A DNA stretch of 64,000 nucleotides, taken from positions 29,637-93,636 of IMG/VR virus record IMGVR_UViG_3300005805_000056. One strand, written 5' to 3'. Below the pieces are notes generated by a model. The model made no database searches. It saw nothing but the letters and a program-made list of their open reading frames with translations, and was not told where the DNA came from. Both the position numbers and the translations under genes were made by a program. The stretch's first letter is position 1. Each line of letters starts with the position of its first letter. Below are positions 38,292 to 48,045 of this stretch, in pieces. Source of the DNA: a virus.

Positions 38292-38627
38292 TTTCTGATG
38301 GAGGACACAGAGGCCGAAAAGCTTGATGAGAAAGCCAAGGCTTATGTGGACCGCCTGCTTTTAAGGTTGATGACGTCACCAGCCTTGATGTCCTTTTTAG
38401 AGGCAACTCAGCTACTAAAAGAGGGTGATGACTACATAGTCGAACTGCTCTTCAGAAAAGTTCCTGAAGAGCAGGTCGATGTCATCAAGCAATTTATTGC
38501 TGAGCCAAGCACATCTTTTGCTTTTGAGCAGAGAGGCCAGACTCATTTTGCCTTCAGAGTCAAACTAGCTCCAAAGGATCTTGTGGATGATTCCGGGCAG
38601 GGTCCAACAACTGGTGTTGGGGAGTGA
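38268..38627 (+). CDS. Hypothetical protein
   Basis: TACTTA 4 nt before the GTG; N-terminus IDRILQFLME. Confidence 0.55.
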   Translation: MTIDRILQFLMEDTEAEKLDEKAKAYVDRLLLRLMTSPALMSFLEATQLLKEGDDYIVELLFRKVPEEQVDVIKQFIAEPSTSFAFEQRGQTHFAFRVKLAPKDLVDDSGQGPTTGVGE

Positions 38628-38817
38628 TATAGACTAGTCTCCCCATGAGAAAGTCTTTCACAATCTTACGGCACATATGGCCGCGTGACTTGACGCTGCG
38701 AATTGACAGGTCATCACGAACCTTGTCCAGAAGCTTACCATCATCACTTTCCAATCTGAAGGCGATGATGGCCTCTTTACCTGGCCGCTTGGCTTTGACT
38801 TTACCTTGTTCTGTCAT
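38560..38817 (-). CDS. Ribbon-helix-helix DNA-binding protein
   Basis: IIAFRL strand then two helices (SRGHMCRKIV); GTTCT at 38825-29. Confidence 0.6.
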   Translation of the reverse strand: MTEQGKVKAKRPGKEAIIAFRLESDDGKLLDKVRDDLSIRSVKSRGHMCRKIVKDFLMGRLVYITPQHQLLDPARNHPQDPLELV

Positions 38818-38856
38818 GGTTAAGAGAACATACTCTACCCTAGTTTACAAGAAAAT

Positions 38857-40830
38857 ATGAAATTTAGCACCATAGGAACAGAGCTGCTGCGCAGGATGGG
38901 CTTCATTGGTTCGGGTGACCCTGTCAGCTCGATTATTCCTCGTGCAAATACGCCTTCGGCTAACCAGGAGCTAGTCGACGACTTCATGGACGCTAGCCGC
39001 GTGGCTAATCCAGATACCTGGATGAAGTATGCGACTATCATGAAGCGTCCCTCATCCATGGATCAAGTGCTTGATCTTTGGGAGGAAATGGGTACCTGGG
39101 ACTTGATGGCTGCTGCTCTTACCGAGCTTGTTGAGGAAGCTACACAGCGTGATCCTATAAATCCAGGAACACTTTGGTTTGAGTGTAACGACGCCCAGTT
39201 TGAGGATGACCTCAATGAAATGCTAGATTTGATCGGCGTTGAGGACATTCTCAACTCTCAGGTCTGGTATCTAGCTGCTCTTGGAAACCATTATGAGAAG
39301 ATTGAGTATGCCCAAGGTGAGGGCGTGCTAGGTCTGCACTTCATTCATCCAAAGCTTGTTCGTCGTTACTGGCTTGAAAAGAATCGCCAGTGTATTGGTT
39401 TCAAATGGTCTGACAGAAAACCTAGAGCCAGCGATATTTTCGTCGCTGCCGATGGTGTGACTGAGATTCCTCGTGCGGCCATTGCCAGTTCACAAGGACG
39501 AGCTGAGGATCTCTGGTATCCGTGGGACATACTTCACATGCGTCGTATGTTTCGCATGCGCTCGTCTGAGTATGGCGAAGCTATCTATGATGAAGCTCAA
39601 GGCATCTACAAGAAACTACGCATGGCCGTGGACCAGATGGTTGTCCACAGAGCCCAGGTTCAGCCTGATCGTTATGTAATCAACATCGACGTTCAGGAAC
39701 AAGCCCCTGCTGACCAGATGCGTACGGTACAGCGTTGGAAGCAAATGCTTCGTTCAAAGCAATCATTTGGTGCTGGTGCCACAGACAACCTGGCGGCTCC
39801 CACTGATTTTAAGAGCTTCTACAACCCATGGGCCCTTGATTCTGTCTTGTGGGTGGCCATGCCCAAAGGTTTTCAACACACTATCTCGAAACTGGCCGGT
39901 ACTGCAAATGTGCCAGACGTCTATGACATTGAGTTGTTGACTGACCTCTTCTACTCCATCCTTGGCATGCCCAAGAGTTGGTTTGGTATTGGTGAATCTG
40001 GCGGACAGAACGCTCCATCAGGCAAGTCTTTGCTTGCTCAAGACATTCGCTTCCTCCGTAAGGTTCGTTCGATTCGCAAACCAATCCTATCACAGTACAC
40101 CTGGTTGGGTAATTTCCACGCGATCCTTAAAGGCAAGACCAATCTAGACTCGTTGAACATTCAGGCCAAGATGGCTGATATCGGTGGCCTTGAGGATCAG
40201 ATGAAGCTAGACTTGTTGTCAACACAGGCCGACATTCTTGGAAAGTTGGCTGATGTAATGGCCGCATACAACCTACCAAAGGAAGCCTGGATTGAGTTGA
40301 TCTTCAAGCGCTATCTTCGTCTGCCTGACAATGTAGTCAATGTCTTTATGACTGCCTTGCCAGCCCCAGTCGAGGCTCCAGCCTTTGAATCTAAGGGAAA
40401 GGCCGATGACTTGAAGAGAATCTTCGAGACCATTCGTTCCAGGCTTGATCCTGAAAAGACTCAGATCATGATGAAGATCAAGGCTGCTGTGGAATCATCT
40501 AGCATCGACAATCATGTGAAGAAGAAATATCGTGGAGTGCCAGATGTGCTGTCTCTTCCTCAAATCAGAGCAGGTGACAGCATCATTGTGGGTGACAGCG
40601 CTCGTATGGTTGCTGGCAATGACTTCAAAGTGGACAAGTCAGCTTTGACAGGACCAATGAGAACTCTTAATGAGAATCAGCAGAAGCCTGTGGTACAAAA
40701 GCTGGTGATCAATGAGTCCACAGAACCCAAGCCAAAGACTGAGGAGAAGTCGCAAGGACCAGCTCCAGTTTTCGAGTCTAATGAGACTGACAACACAGCT
40801 TGGCGCAAGTACACTCGACTCCATAAATGA
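38857..40830 (+). CDS. Portal protein (T4 gp20-like)
   Basis: AALTELVEEA, W.ILHMR, YGEAI, VVHR...P.R.V..IDV, LAG, ILGMPKSW, QDIRF. Confidence 0.9.
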   Translation: MKFSTIGTELLRRMGFIGSGDPVSSIIPRANTPSANQELVDDFMDASRVANPDTWMKYATIMKRPSSMDQVLDLWEEMGTWDLMAAALTELVEEATQRDPINPGTLWFECNDAQFEDDLNEMLDLIGVEDILNSQVWYLAALGNHYEKIEYAQGEGVLGLHFIHPKLVRRYWLEKNRQCIGFKWSDRKPRASDIFVAADGVTEIPRAAIASSQGRAEDLWYPWDILHMRRMFRMRSSEYGEAIYDEAQGIYKKLRMAVDQMVVHRAQVQPDRYVINIDVQEQAPADQMRTVQRWKQMLRSKQSFGAGATDNLAAPTDFKSFYNPWALDSVLWVAMPKGFQHTISKLAGTANVPDVYDIELLTDLFYSILGMPKSWFGIGESGGQNAPSGKSLLAQDIRFLRKVRSIRKPILSQYTWLGNFHAILKGKTNLDSLNIQAKMADIGGLEDQMKLDLLSTQADILGKLADVMAAYNLPKEAWIELIFKRYLRLPDNVVNVFMTALPAPVEAPAFESKGKADDLKRIFETIRSRLDPEKTQIMMKIKAAVESSSIDNHVKKKYRGVPDVLSLPQIRAGDSIIVGDSARMVAGNDFKVDKSALTGPMRTLNENQQKPVVQKLVINESTEPKPKTEEKSQGPAPVFESNETDNTAWRKYTRLHK

Positions 40831-41498
40831 CAACATCGACAGCCCATACCTTAAAGGGTCAGACGGTCACTGTTTCTGTTACTCTAACAGAGACTGATCC
40901 AGCTCTTACGTATTTGGCTGGAACGATAGATTGGGGAGATGGCACAACGACAGCCATACCCAGATCACTTAAAGTCAGCAATGAGTACTCTAGCTCATAC
41001 ACTCACACGTATGTCAACAAGGGTTTCTACGTAATAAAGGTTTCTGGCAGGAATTACAAGTCACCTCAGCCACAAACAGACCTTAACATCATCTATTTGG
41101 ATGTGGGTGCAGCACCCATAATCACTGTCAACAGAGGGTTTCTAAGAGGTCCAGTGTTGCCTGACAACTCCTCAGTGGGTGACTGGGTGTTAAATGGCGG
41201 ATCAGATGTTCAAGTTATCATATCTGATTTGAGGAACCTCTTACTCACACAGAAGGGTGAGCGCCTCATGAATCCTGACTTTGGAACTCAAATAAACAAG
41301 TTGGTATTTGAGCCAGACACATCAGTTCTAGAGGCCCAAGTTCAACAGGAGGTTACTCAAGCAATTGCAAAGTTTGAACCCAGGGTCAACATTCTTTCGG
41401 TCTCAACTGAGAGGCTGCCCAATGACAGGCAAGTCAATGTTGCAATTCAGTTTCAAGCACTAAATCAGTTTCTCACTCTTGGTCTCAACTACTCATGA
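40827..41498 (+). CDS. Baseplate wedge gp25-like protein with N-terminal PKD domain
   Basis: IDWGDG..HTY (PKD) plus LLLTQKGERLMNPDFG..FEP..FEPRV. Confidence 0.88.
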   Translation: MTTSTAHTLKGQTVTVSVTLTETDPALTYLAGTIDWGDGTTTAIPRSLKVSNEYSSSYTHTYVNKGFYVIKVSGRNYKSPQPQTDLNIIYLDVGAAPIITVNRGFLRGPVLPDNSSVGDWVLNGGSDVQVIISDLRNLLLTQKGERLMNPDFGTQINKLVFEPDTSVLEAQVQQEVTQAIAKFEPRVNILSVSTERLPNDRQVNVAIQFQALNQFLTLGLNYS

Positions 41499-41830
41499 CC
41501 AAAAAGCCAAAGTCAATCACCAAGTCAAAGATTATTCGACGTTTAATGACGGATTGCGAATTATCGTACGTTGATGCCAATAAAGTCCATGACTGTCTTG
41601 TCAGTACTATCGAAGAGGCTGTGATCAATCTAAACAAGATAAGTCTGGGTCATGTGGGCTCAATTACTCCCAAAGTAATTAAAGGAAAGTCTGTTTCGAT
41701 GAATTTCAAAAGATCCAAGAAAGGAGTTGAGAAAGTACAACGATACTTTTTCTTGGACGAGAGAGTCAGATTCCATCTTAAGCTCTATAAGTCTTTTGCT
41801 GATAGGGTCGAATTCAATTACAACCCATGA
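41495..41830 (+). CDS. HU/IHF-like DNA-binding protein
   Basis: ITKSKII..A..V......I...L....I.L..VG; basic. Confidence 0.6.
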   Translation: MTKKPKSITKSKIIRRLMTDCELSYVDANKVHDCLVSTIEEAVINLNKISLGHVGSITPKVIKGKSVSMNFKRSKKGVEKVQRYFFLDERVRFHLKLYKSFADRVEFNYNP

Positions 41831-43164
41831 TTACTCCACTTATACTTCCAAAAGCCGCTGGTCTAGATTATGGCAACGGTGATGTAAGACACCTTACATC
41901 CACTGACGCAAACTCGGCCTCGACCATATCCTATGCCACACGTAATCTGGCTGAGAGAGACAATATCCTGGCTCGGGTAATAAACTCTATCATCTCAGAG
42001 GTCAATAACAAGGAGCAAATTATTGACTTGCAGGTGCCACGAATCTCGTTGGCTGCATCGCAGTCAATCGTTGTTCTCAACTACAGAATTCCTAGTGGTT
42101 TTGAGGCCAGAGTGTTGAATGCTGTGGTGTCTTCAACACCTAGCAATCTGGTTCGACTGGAAGTATTGTGGTCCTCAGTCTATGGTGCCACCACAGGCAC
42201 CTCTATTACCTCAACTCTTTCTGAGGTAAGTGGACAGACAGTTTTCTATGGTGAAGGTGAGTTCATCGTGAAACTCACAAACATTGGTAGTGCAACTGCA
42301 GCTGTTTGTGGCGATGTTCAAATCACCATGAGACCTGTGGCTGAGGTACAAGGTTCATTGCTGGTTCCAACACTCGTTACGCCTATCAGTGGTGGTTCTG
42401 GAGCGGGTGAATCTGGTTATTCGGGCTTTTCAGGAGTATCTGGTTTCAGTGGAACAAGAGGCGCATCAGGTTTCAGTGGCTTTTCTGGTGAGACGGGCAC
42501 AGATGCATTCACAACCACGAGTGCATTGTTTATTATGCCCTCACCTTCTTCGAATGTTACTGTTTCAGTAGCGGATACTAGCTGGATAGTGGCTGGCCAA
42601 GTGGTCTATGTTCAGACTGCTGGTTATTTCGTAGTCGCCAGCATTACTAATTCCACAACTGTCGTCCTGACTAACACAGGTTATGCTGGCAATGCAGCAG
42701 CGGCAACCAACATTACCTCTGGTAAGAAAGTAGGTCCAGCTGGCATTAGTGGAGCGTCTGGAGCATCTGCTTCTTCTAACACAATTACCACTGGTACCAC
42801 AACAATCTCAACCAATTACACTGGAACAACCACCGCCGGATCTGGAAGTTATTTGGCTGTGACTAACGGCGCTAATAGCTATGTGGTGGCCACAACTACC
42901 TTGACAATTGGTGCCAACACATTTACTATAGTACAAGGTCAACTTTTGGTGATGCTGCAAAGTGGTGATTTGACTCTTACACTATCATCGCCATTTACTA
43001 CATCTAATACCTTTACGACTGTAACGGTGGATGATGCATTTCAGGCCAGTGGACAAACGTTCAAAACAATAGTGTCTTCCTCTCAGCTAAAGATAACACT
43101 CCCTGCTGGATACACTGCTGACACTCGTGTGTCGATATCATTTATTGGTGTTGTTGTCACCTAG
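41827..43164 (+). CDS. Tail fibre / baseplate fibre protein
   Basis: NLAERDN coiled anchor, (SGxSG)n collagen-like repeat, Thr/Ser-rich beta domains. Confidence 0.7.
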   Translation: MITPLILPKAAGLDYGNGDVRHLTSTDANSASTISYATRNLAERDNILARVINSIISEVNNKEQIIDLQVPRISLAASQSIVVLNYRIPSGFEARVLNAVVSSTPSNLVRLEVLWSSVYGATTGTSITSTLSEVSGQTVFYGEGEFIVKLTNIGSATAAVCGDVQITMRPVAEVQGSLLVPTLVTPISGGSGAGESGYSGFSGVSGFSGTRGASGFSGFSGETGTDAFTTTSALFIMPSPSSNVTVSVADTSWIVAGQVVYVQTAGYFVVASITNSTTVVLTNTGYAGNAAAATNITSGKKVGPAGISGASGASASSNTITTGTTTISTNYTGTTTAGSGSYLAVTNGANSYVVATTTLTIGANTFTIVQGQLLVMLQSGDLTLTLSSPFTTSNTFTTVTVDDAFQASGQTFKTIVSSSQLKITLPAGYTADTRVSISFIGVVVT

Positions 43165-44250
43165 TTCACTCTGCACGTACTTATCAGGACAGTCTGGCCA
43201 ATACTTTACAAAGCACTCTTTGATGAGTGCTCTATAACACTTAAATCTCTGAGTCATTGTCATGCTCGTGTTTAACATGGCAATGACTTTTTCTTTTATT
43301 GGATTCAAGTCAGCTGACTTTTCTAACATTCTACGAACAAGTTCACGGCCTAGTGGTCCACGGTAAATGGCTGTTTCACGTGGATCGTGTTTGTATGACC
43401 ATGTCTTGAATCTGAAGAGTCGATTAAGCTCTAAAGGTGTCCATGGGTGATCTAGGGCTGACACAATCCAAGACCCCGTCTGGTCTTCTAAATAAACAGT
43501 GCACTCTCCAGAGTAACGTATTCCACCACCTATGGCGCTATTATCAATTTTCAGACGAATTTTTCCAATATTTATTTTTCCACATGTATCACCAGAGATA
43601 AAAGACAATACTAAGGATGCAGTTTGGGCTGAAACATCACTCGGATAGTTTGGCGTGGTGAAGTTTACATCACCCGAAGTTTTGGTAGTTGACCCAGGTG
43701 TTCCATCAGCATTTTTATATGTCCATGTGGCCGTTGTTGGTTGGAAAGTGTGTCCACCACTTGGAAATGCTGCATACTTAATTCCATTCTGATAAAAGAA
43801 GGAAAAATTCATGCTAGTCCAGCCGGTAGAAAGATACACTTCCCATGTAACCACTGTCGACTGAGTGGCTTCAAAATCGCATGTTACTCCAACATTTGGT
43901 TGAGCTTGACCCTCTGGGGCCAAACTAAAAGCTTCTGTATTAAGCTGTGTTGTTATTGTTGGAAGTCGTGGAACGCCATAAGGCGAAAGACTTGCCGGAA
44001 TTCTGTAGATTATTCCGCCTGACCTTATCTGTAAAGTGACAGTTCCAACCTTATTGCCATATCGCGTGGGAACTGAATCATCATACGGCGTTGGAGCATT
44101 GTCAAACACGGGCTCATTTAGTACTGTGACACCCAAATGTGATAGGTCAATGGGCAGCGCCTCGTGATTTTTAAGATTCTGAAGAAGCTTATCAACGCTG
44201 CTACTCAGAGTGTCTGTGGCTCTCTCTGTGACTAGATTTGATGAGTTCAT
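43138..44250 (-). CDS. Putative fibre/spike protein with CFI-box-like C-terminal domain
   Basis: Shared N-module with neighbours; GSWIVSAL...LFRFK...G.ELV tail. Confidence 0.5.
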   Translation of the reverse strand: MNSSNLVTERATDTLSSSVDKLLQNLKNHEALPIDLSHLGVTVLNEPVFDNAPTPYDDSVPTRYGNKVGTVTLQIRSGGIIYRIPASLSPYGVPRLPTITTQLNTEAFSLAPEGQAQPNVGVTCDFEATQSTVVTWEVYLSTGWTSMNFSFFYQNGIKYAAFPSGGHTFQPTTATWTYKNADGTPGSTTKTSGDVNFTTPNYPSDVSAQTASLVLSFISGDTCGKINIGKIRLKIDNSAIGGGIRYSGECTVYLEDQTGSWIVSALDHPWTPLELNRLFRFKTWSYKHDPRETAIYRGPLGRELVRRMLEKSADLNPIKEKVIAMLNTSMTMTQRFKCYRALIKECFVKYWPDCPDKYVQSELGDNNTNK

Positions 44251-44495
44251 GGCACGATCTGCGAAGGAACGTAGTAAAGTACGTTGTCAACTTTTATCAC
44301 ACTCACTCTTCCATTTGAGCCTGGCCAGGATTGACCCGCACTATCTTTGTAGGATGTTGCTGGGTTTGTTATGGCATGCCCCAAATGTGTTTGGCCATGT
44401 GTCTGCTCAGCGTGAGTTTCTAACAAATCTCTAATCTGGTTGATTCTCTCCTGCTGTGTGGCGAGTTCAGCCGAAGTTATGATTCGTGTGTTCAT
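44247..44495 (-). CDS. Small protein consisting only of the shared fibre N-module
   Basis: IIT...LETHA...H...LYYVP. Confidence 0.55.
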   Translation of the reverse strand: MNTRIITSAELATQQERINQIRDLLETHAEQTHGQTHLGHAITNPATSYKDSAGQSWPGSNGRVSVIKVDNVLYYVPSQIVP

Positions 44496-45613
44496 GGATT
44501 ATAGACCACCGAAATAAAACCAGTTGATGATATAATAGTCACCCCAAATCGGTATGTGACTCCGTTGACAACGACAGAATATGCTCTGTCAACATCTTCA
44601 AAAGGTTGAATAGAAAGTTGAGTTACAATGGCTGTCTTGGCATCTGACGTCAGGTCACTGTTCTGTACGTCCAAGATTACAGCGGCCATGCCGGCCTCCA
44701 TCTCATCTTGGTTAGTAAATAGAATGCCTTGAAAGCTGAAAGTATTAGACGCAGACTGGTATGACTCAAATGGGTCCAGACCTGTTGGAACAAGTGTTCC
44801 ATATGTTATGCCAGCTGGAAGGTTAAAGACTAAGCCAGCGCCAATGGTATCTTGTTGGTTTACTATCCTTATTGAGTATGTACCAGCGTTAAGATACACT
44901 GTCTTTTGGTTTGATACCACTCCATTTTGTGTCCATACACCAAACCCGTGTTCCCAACCATTCCAACCATCTGCCCATGAGTTGTCTATGATAAGATTTC
45001 CATCAATGTACAACCAAGATGCATCATCTGAGTTTAAGTAGAAATTGTAATTTCCTGATGTCTCTACAATGATATCACCTGTGATAAGAGCGATGTATGG
45101 AACTCCACCAATAGGAAGCCATGAGTAGCCAAAATTGGCTTCAGACACTGAAAAGGTTTTTCTGAGGTCAATGAAGCTGGCCTGTGGGTTGACATGAATT
45201 CCAGGGCCATCACCGGCTGTCGCAAACTCATGTGCATAGTATCTTCCAGGTATTCTTTTTGTCGTGTCTGGTCTATAGCCAAGTGATGGATTACTTGGAT
45301 TGATATACATGTTAGATATCAACCCATAGATTCTAACAAGAAGATTAGCTGTTGTGGGTATGAACTGTGGGTTCTGTGCCACAGGCAGATACACTTTTTG
45401 AGGGGTACCAGTATTAGCTTGGGCCCCTCCAATAACCAAACTGAACGGACTCAGACTATTACCACCTGAGTCTGCAAATAGATAGGACACAACACCTTCA
45501 TCGTCATGAGCATCAATTCCTTTTGCTGCATGACGAGCGAGGGTGTTGTTTATTGCATTAACTTGAATTTGGCCCGATGAGGCCTGAGAGTCCGTCAGTA
45601 GTGGCGTATTCAT
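44492..45613 (-). CDS. PA14-domain (glycan-binding) virion protein
   Basis: G.Y.FYLNSDDASWLYIDGNLIIDN, VYLNAGTYSIRI. Confidence 0.8.
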   Translation of the reverse strand: MNTPLLTDSQASSGQIQVNAINNTLARHAAKGIDAHDDEGVVSYLFADSGGNSLSPFSLVIGGAQANTGTPQKVYLPVAQNPQFIPTTANLLVRIYGLISNMYINPSNPSLGYRPDTTKRIPGRYYAHEFATAGDGPGIHVNPQASFIDLRKTFSVSEANFGYSWLPIGGVPYIALITGDIIVETSGNYNFYLNSDDASWLYIDGNLIIDNSWADGWNGWEHGFGVWTQNGVVSNQKTVYLNAGTYSIRIVNQQDTIGAGLVFNLPAGITYGTLVPTGLDPFESYQSASNTFSFQGILFTNQDEMEAGMAAVILDVQNSDLTSDAKTAIVTQLSIQPFEDVDRAYSVVVNGVTYRFGVTIISSTGFISVVYNP

Positions 45614-45990
45614 TATCTAGTGGGTGGCTCTGGAAGCTCTTCTTCCTCCTCAGTGGCAGCCACACCCAATCTGTCAGCCAATGTCTCCTCGTCCTTGGCG
45701 ATCTCTTCCTCTTCTTGTCCAGGAGCTGGTTCAAGAAGCATTGGACTAAGAGCATCATCAGCCTCAGACTTGGCCATATTTGGGTTGTCAGACGTGCCTT
45801 CCTTCTTGTCACCTTCTTGGCCCGGTTCTGGCATCTTTTCCAAGTACCAGTTGAATCCTTCGAGCATTTCATCGGCCTCTGGTCCCATGCCTGGGCTCTT
45901 TTGAAGGGCGTTACGAAGCACTAGGATCTCTCCGTAGGTTAACTCAGCACTATAGGTGTTGAACTGTCCAGCTTGTTTCTTTAGTTTCAT
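45613..45990 (-). CDS. Acidic hypothetical protein
   Basis: First gene after TAGTTA at 45998-46003. Confidence 0.6.
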   Translation of the reverse strand: MKLKKQAGQFNTYSAELTYGEILVLRNALQKSPGMGPEADEMLEGFNWYLEKMPEPGQEGDKKEGTSDNPNMAKSEADDALSPMLLEPAPGQEEEEIAKDEETLADRLGVAATEEEEELPEPPTR

Positions 45991-45997
45991 GCAGCAT

Positions 45998-46010
45998 TAA
46001 CTACAGTTCT
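45998..46010. promoter_or_regulatory. Fused divergent promoters TAACTA-CA-GTTCT
   Basis: TAGTTA (minus) 7 nt before ATG 45990 and GTTCT (plus) 7 nt before ATG 46018. Confidence 0.65.
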
Positions 46011-46017
46011 TGTCCTT

Positions 46018-46236
46018 ATGAAAGAATTCCTAGGCAAGGTCAGGGATGGGGACTTTAGTCTGGATGACCCAGAGTTTTTGGACCAAGCTTTCAAGCATAG
46101 AAGATTTCTACGCATTGAGGGTACCCTAAGTGAGATAACATCAGTTCAAGACATCACTGAAGAGAACCAGATAAAGGAAGTAAGACTATCCAGCCGTGGA
46201 TACAAGATGGTTGGCCGTAGAAAACTTTTTCGATGA
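46018..46236 (+). CDS. Small hypothetical protein
   Basis: ATGA-coupled to the GT9 gene. Confidence 0.55.
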   Translation: MKEFLGKVRDGDFSLDDPEFLDQAFKHRRFLRIEGTLSEITSVQDITEENQIKEVRLSSRGYKMVGRRKLFR

Positions 46237-47360
46237 ACATCATAACGTTTCACAAGCACGTTGAGCTTCATTTTAACAAGAGCTCAGGCCAGTCAGTGTT
46301 CAAAGGTCTTCCTGGACTAAACTACATCTTTGGCCGCGCTCAACTTGTAAAACTGGCTGGAAGTCAAGAATTTAACTCTTCCATCCTCAAACAATCACTT
46401 CTAGAACCTCGTCTAGCTAATTTTGTAGCCAGAGAAGGTGAAGGCGGCACAGTCCTAGTTTACAACGGGTGTGGTGGGTATGGTGACCAGATAATGACCT
46501 GGCCACTTACACTGATATTGCACAACATGGGCTACAAAGTTCATGTGCTTGTAGACCCGGGTAATGCGGAATGCTGGTCCAACTTTCCATGGATTCAATC
46601 TGTAAATGTGTTGCCGATTGATCTCTCCATCTTCAATCTGTTCGATCACCACATCATGATGGAAGTTGTGGCCAATCTAGATGAGCATTCGCCACAACTT
46701 CACCCGCTAGACTCAATGCTATTCAAAATTGGAATTGACCCTAGTAAGGTTGATCCTGGCCTTAAGTCTGTTGCTCCAAATTTTACCCTGGACGAGACGG
46801 CCTTGGCGGATAAAGTTGTTGGAAACATGCCTATCGGCATATTTCAACTTTCAGCTGCATCACGTGTTAGATCTCTCACGCCAGACGAATCGGTGAGCCT
46901 GTTGCTTCATGTTGCAAAGTCTTTTCCAAACTTAGTTTGGTATGCCATCTATGATGGCATTGGTCATACTCATGTCTTCAATGACATGCTTAAAGATCAT
47001 CCTATAAATGTTGTGCCATATGTTGCACCGAACTTGAGAGTTTTGTGGGCAATGATTCAAAAAGCCAGAATTTGTGTTGCACCTGATAGTATGGTTGTCC
47101 ACATTGCCGGGTCCATGGGTGTTCCATGCGTTGGGCTTTGGGGACCAGTAAGGCCTGGTACTCGAGTGAGTTACTATCATCACCACTACTCCATCTTCAA
47201 ACAAGACGCCTGTCATATGGCACCATGCCATGCTTATACGTCATCTTTTCCACGGTATTGTCCAACAGCTCAGATGCCGCAATGTGCTGTTTTGTCCGCA
47301 ATATCTTTCAATGAAGTTGTCGATAAAATTAGGTGTGTACAAGACACCGTAACCAAATAA
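46233..47360 (+). CDS. GT9-family (heptosyltransferase-like) glycosyltransferase
   Basis: GGYGDQI, APDSMVVHIAGSMGVPCVGLWGP, C..PC. Confidence 0.85.
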   Translation: MNIITFHKHVELHFNKSSGQSVFKGLPGLNYIFGRAQLVKLAGSQEFNSSILKQSLLEPRLANFVAREGEGGTVLVYNGCGGYGDQIMTWPLTLILHNMGYKVHVLVDPGNAECWSNFPWIQSVNVLPIDLSIFNLFDHHIMMEVVANLDEHSPQLHPLDSMLFKIGIDPSKVDPGLKSVAPNFTLDETALADKVVGNMPIGIFQLSAASRVRSLTPDESVSLLLHVAKSFPNLVWYAIYDGIGHTHVFNDMLKDHPINVVPYVAPNLRVLWAMIQKARICVAPDSMVVHIAGSMGVPCVGLWGPVRPGTRVSYYHHHYSIFKQDACHMAPCHAYTSSFPRYCPTAQMPQCAVLSAISFNEVVDKIRCVQDTVTK

Positions 47361-47382
47361 AGGGGCGTCCCGCGGAGTAGAT

Positions 47383-48045
47383 ATGTCAAGCATAGATGTA
47401 AACTTCCTGAGAGATGGCAACCCAGGAGTATTCGATGAGGTTGTCACACGCAATGGCTATGGAATCCAGAAAGGTTGTTTCAAGGGTCAATTAGTCATTG
47501 ACTTTGGAGCCCACATTGGAACCTTTGCCTACATGGCTCACTCATTGGGTGAGGCTGAAAGGGTTGTCTGTGTGGAACCCAACCCTAGAAACTATGAACG
47601 TCTTGAGAGATGTTTTGGTGGTCATCACCAATTCTTTCTTGAAAATAGGGCCGCAAGTCGTGATTACACCCCTGTGAGAATCAGTGATTCTGACAATGTT
47701 TCAACGACTGGTTCTGTTGGCCATCTTGTGAACAGTGTGCCACTTCAGGAATTTGTCCACCGATTTGCTGAGTACAGAGGAAAAGCCACACTCAAGTGTG
47801 ACATCGAAGGTGGTGAGTATGATGTGCTATGGACCTGTCATAGAAAAGAAGTCACGTTCTTCAACACCATACTGCTTGAAACCCATGACTCTGTTGAAAG
47901 ACACTTAGCCATGAATGAGTACCTCAAGCTTTTTGGCTACAAGATTTCTAGTCAACATCAGATGTTCAAATGGGACGTGTTGCCAGATGGTAGTACCACG
48001 AACTGGCAACCACTCAATGCTTGGGTGTCTCGATTCGATCTATGA
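47383..48045 (+). CDS. FkbM-family SAM methyltransferase
   Basis: VIDFGAHIGTF, VEPNPRNY, LKCDIEGGEYDVL, ETH. Confidence 0.88.
   Translation: MSSIDVNFLRDGNPGVFDEVVTRNGYGIQKGCFKGQLVIDFGAHIGTFAYMAHSLGEAERVVCVEPNPRNYERLERCFGGHHQFFLENRAASRDYTPVRISDSDNVSTTGSVGHLVNSVPLQEFVHRFAEYRGKATLKCDIEGGEYDVLWTCHRKEVTFFNTILLETHDSVERHLAMNEYLKLFGYKISSQHQMFKWDVLPDGSTTNWQPLNAWVSRFDL

Noticed and set aside
42405-42495. Tandem repeat / CRISPR-like periodicity
   Set aside because: Protein-level SGxSG repeat with degenerate codons; no identical repeats with spacers
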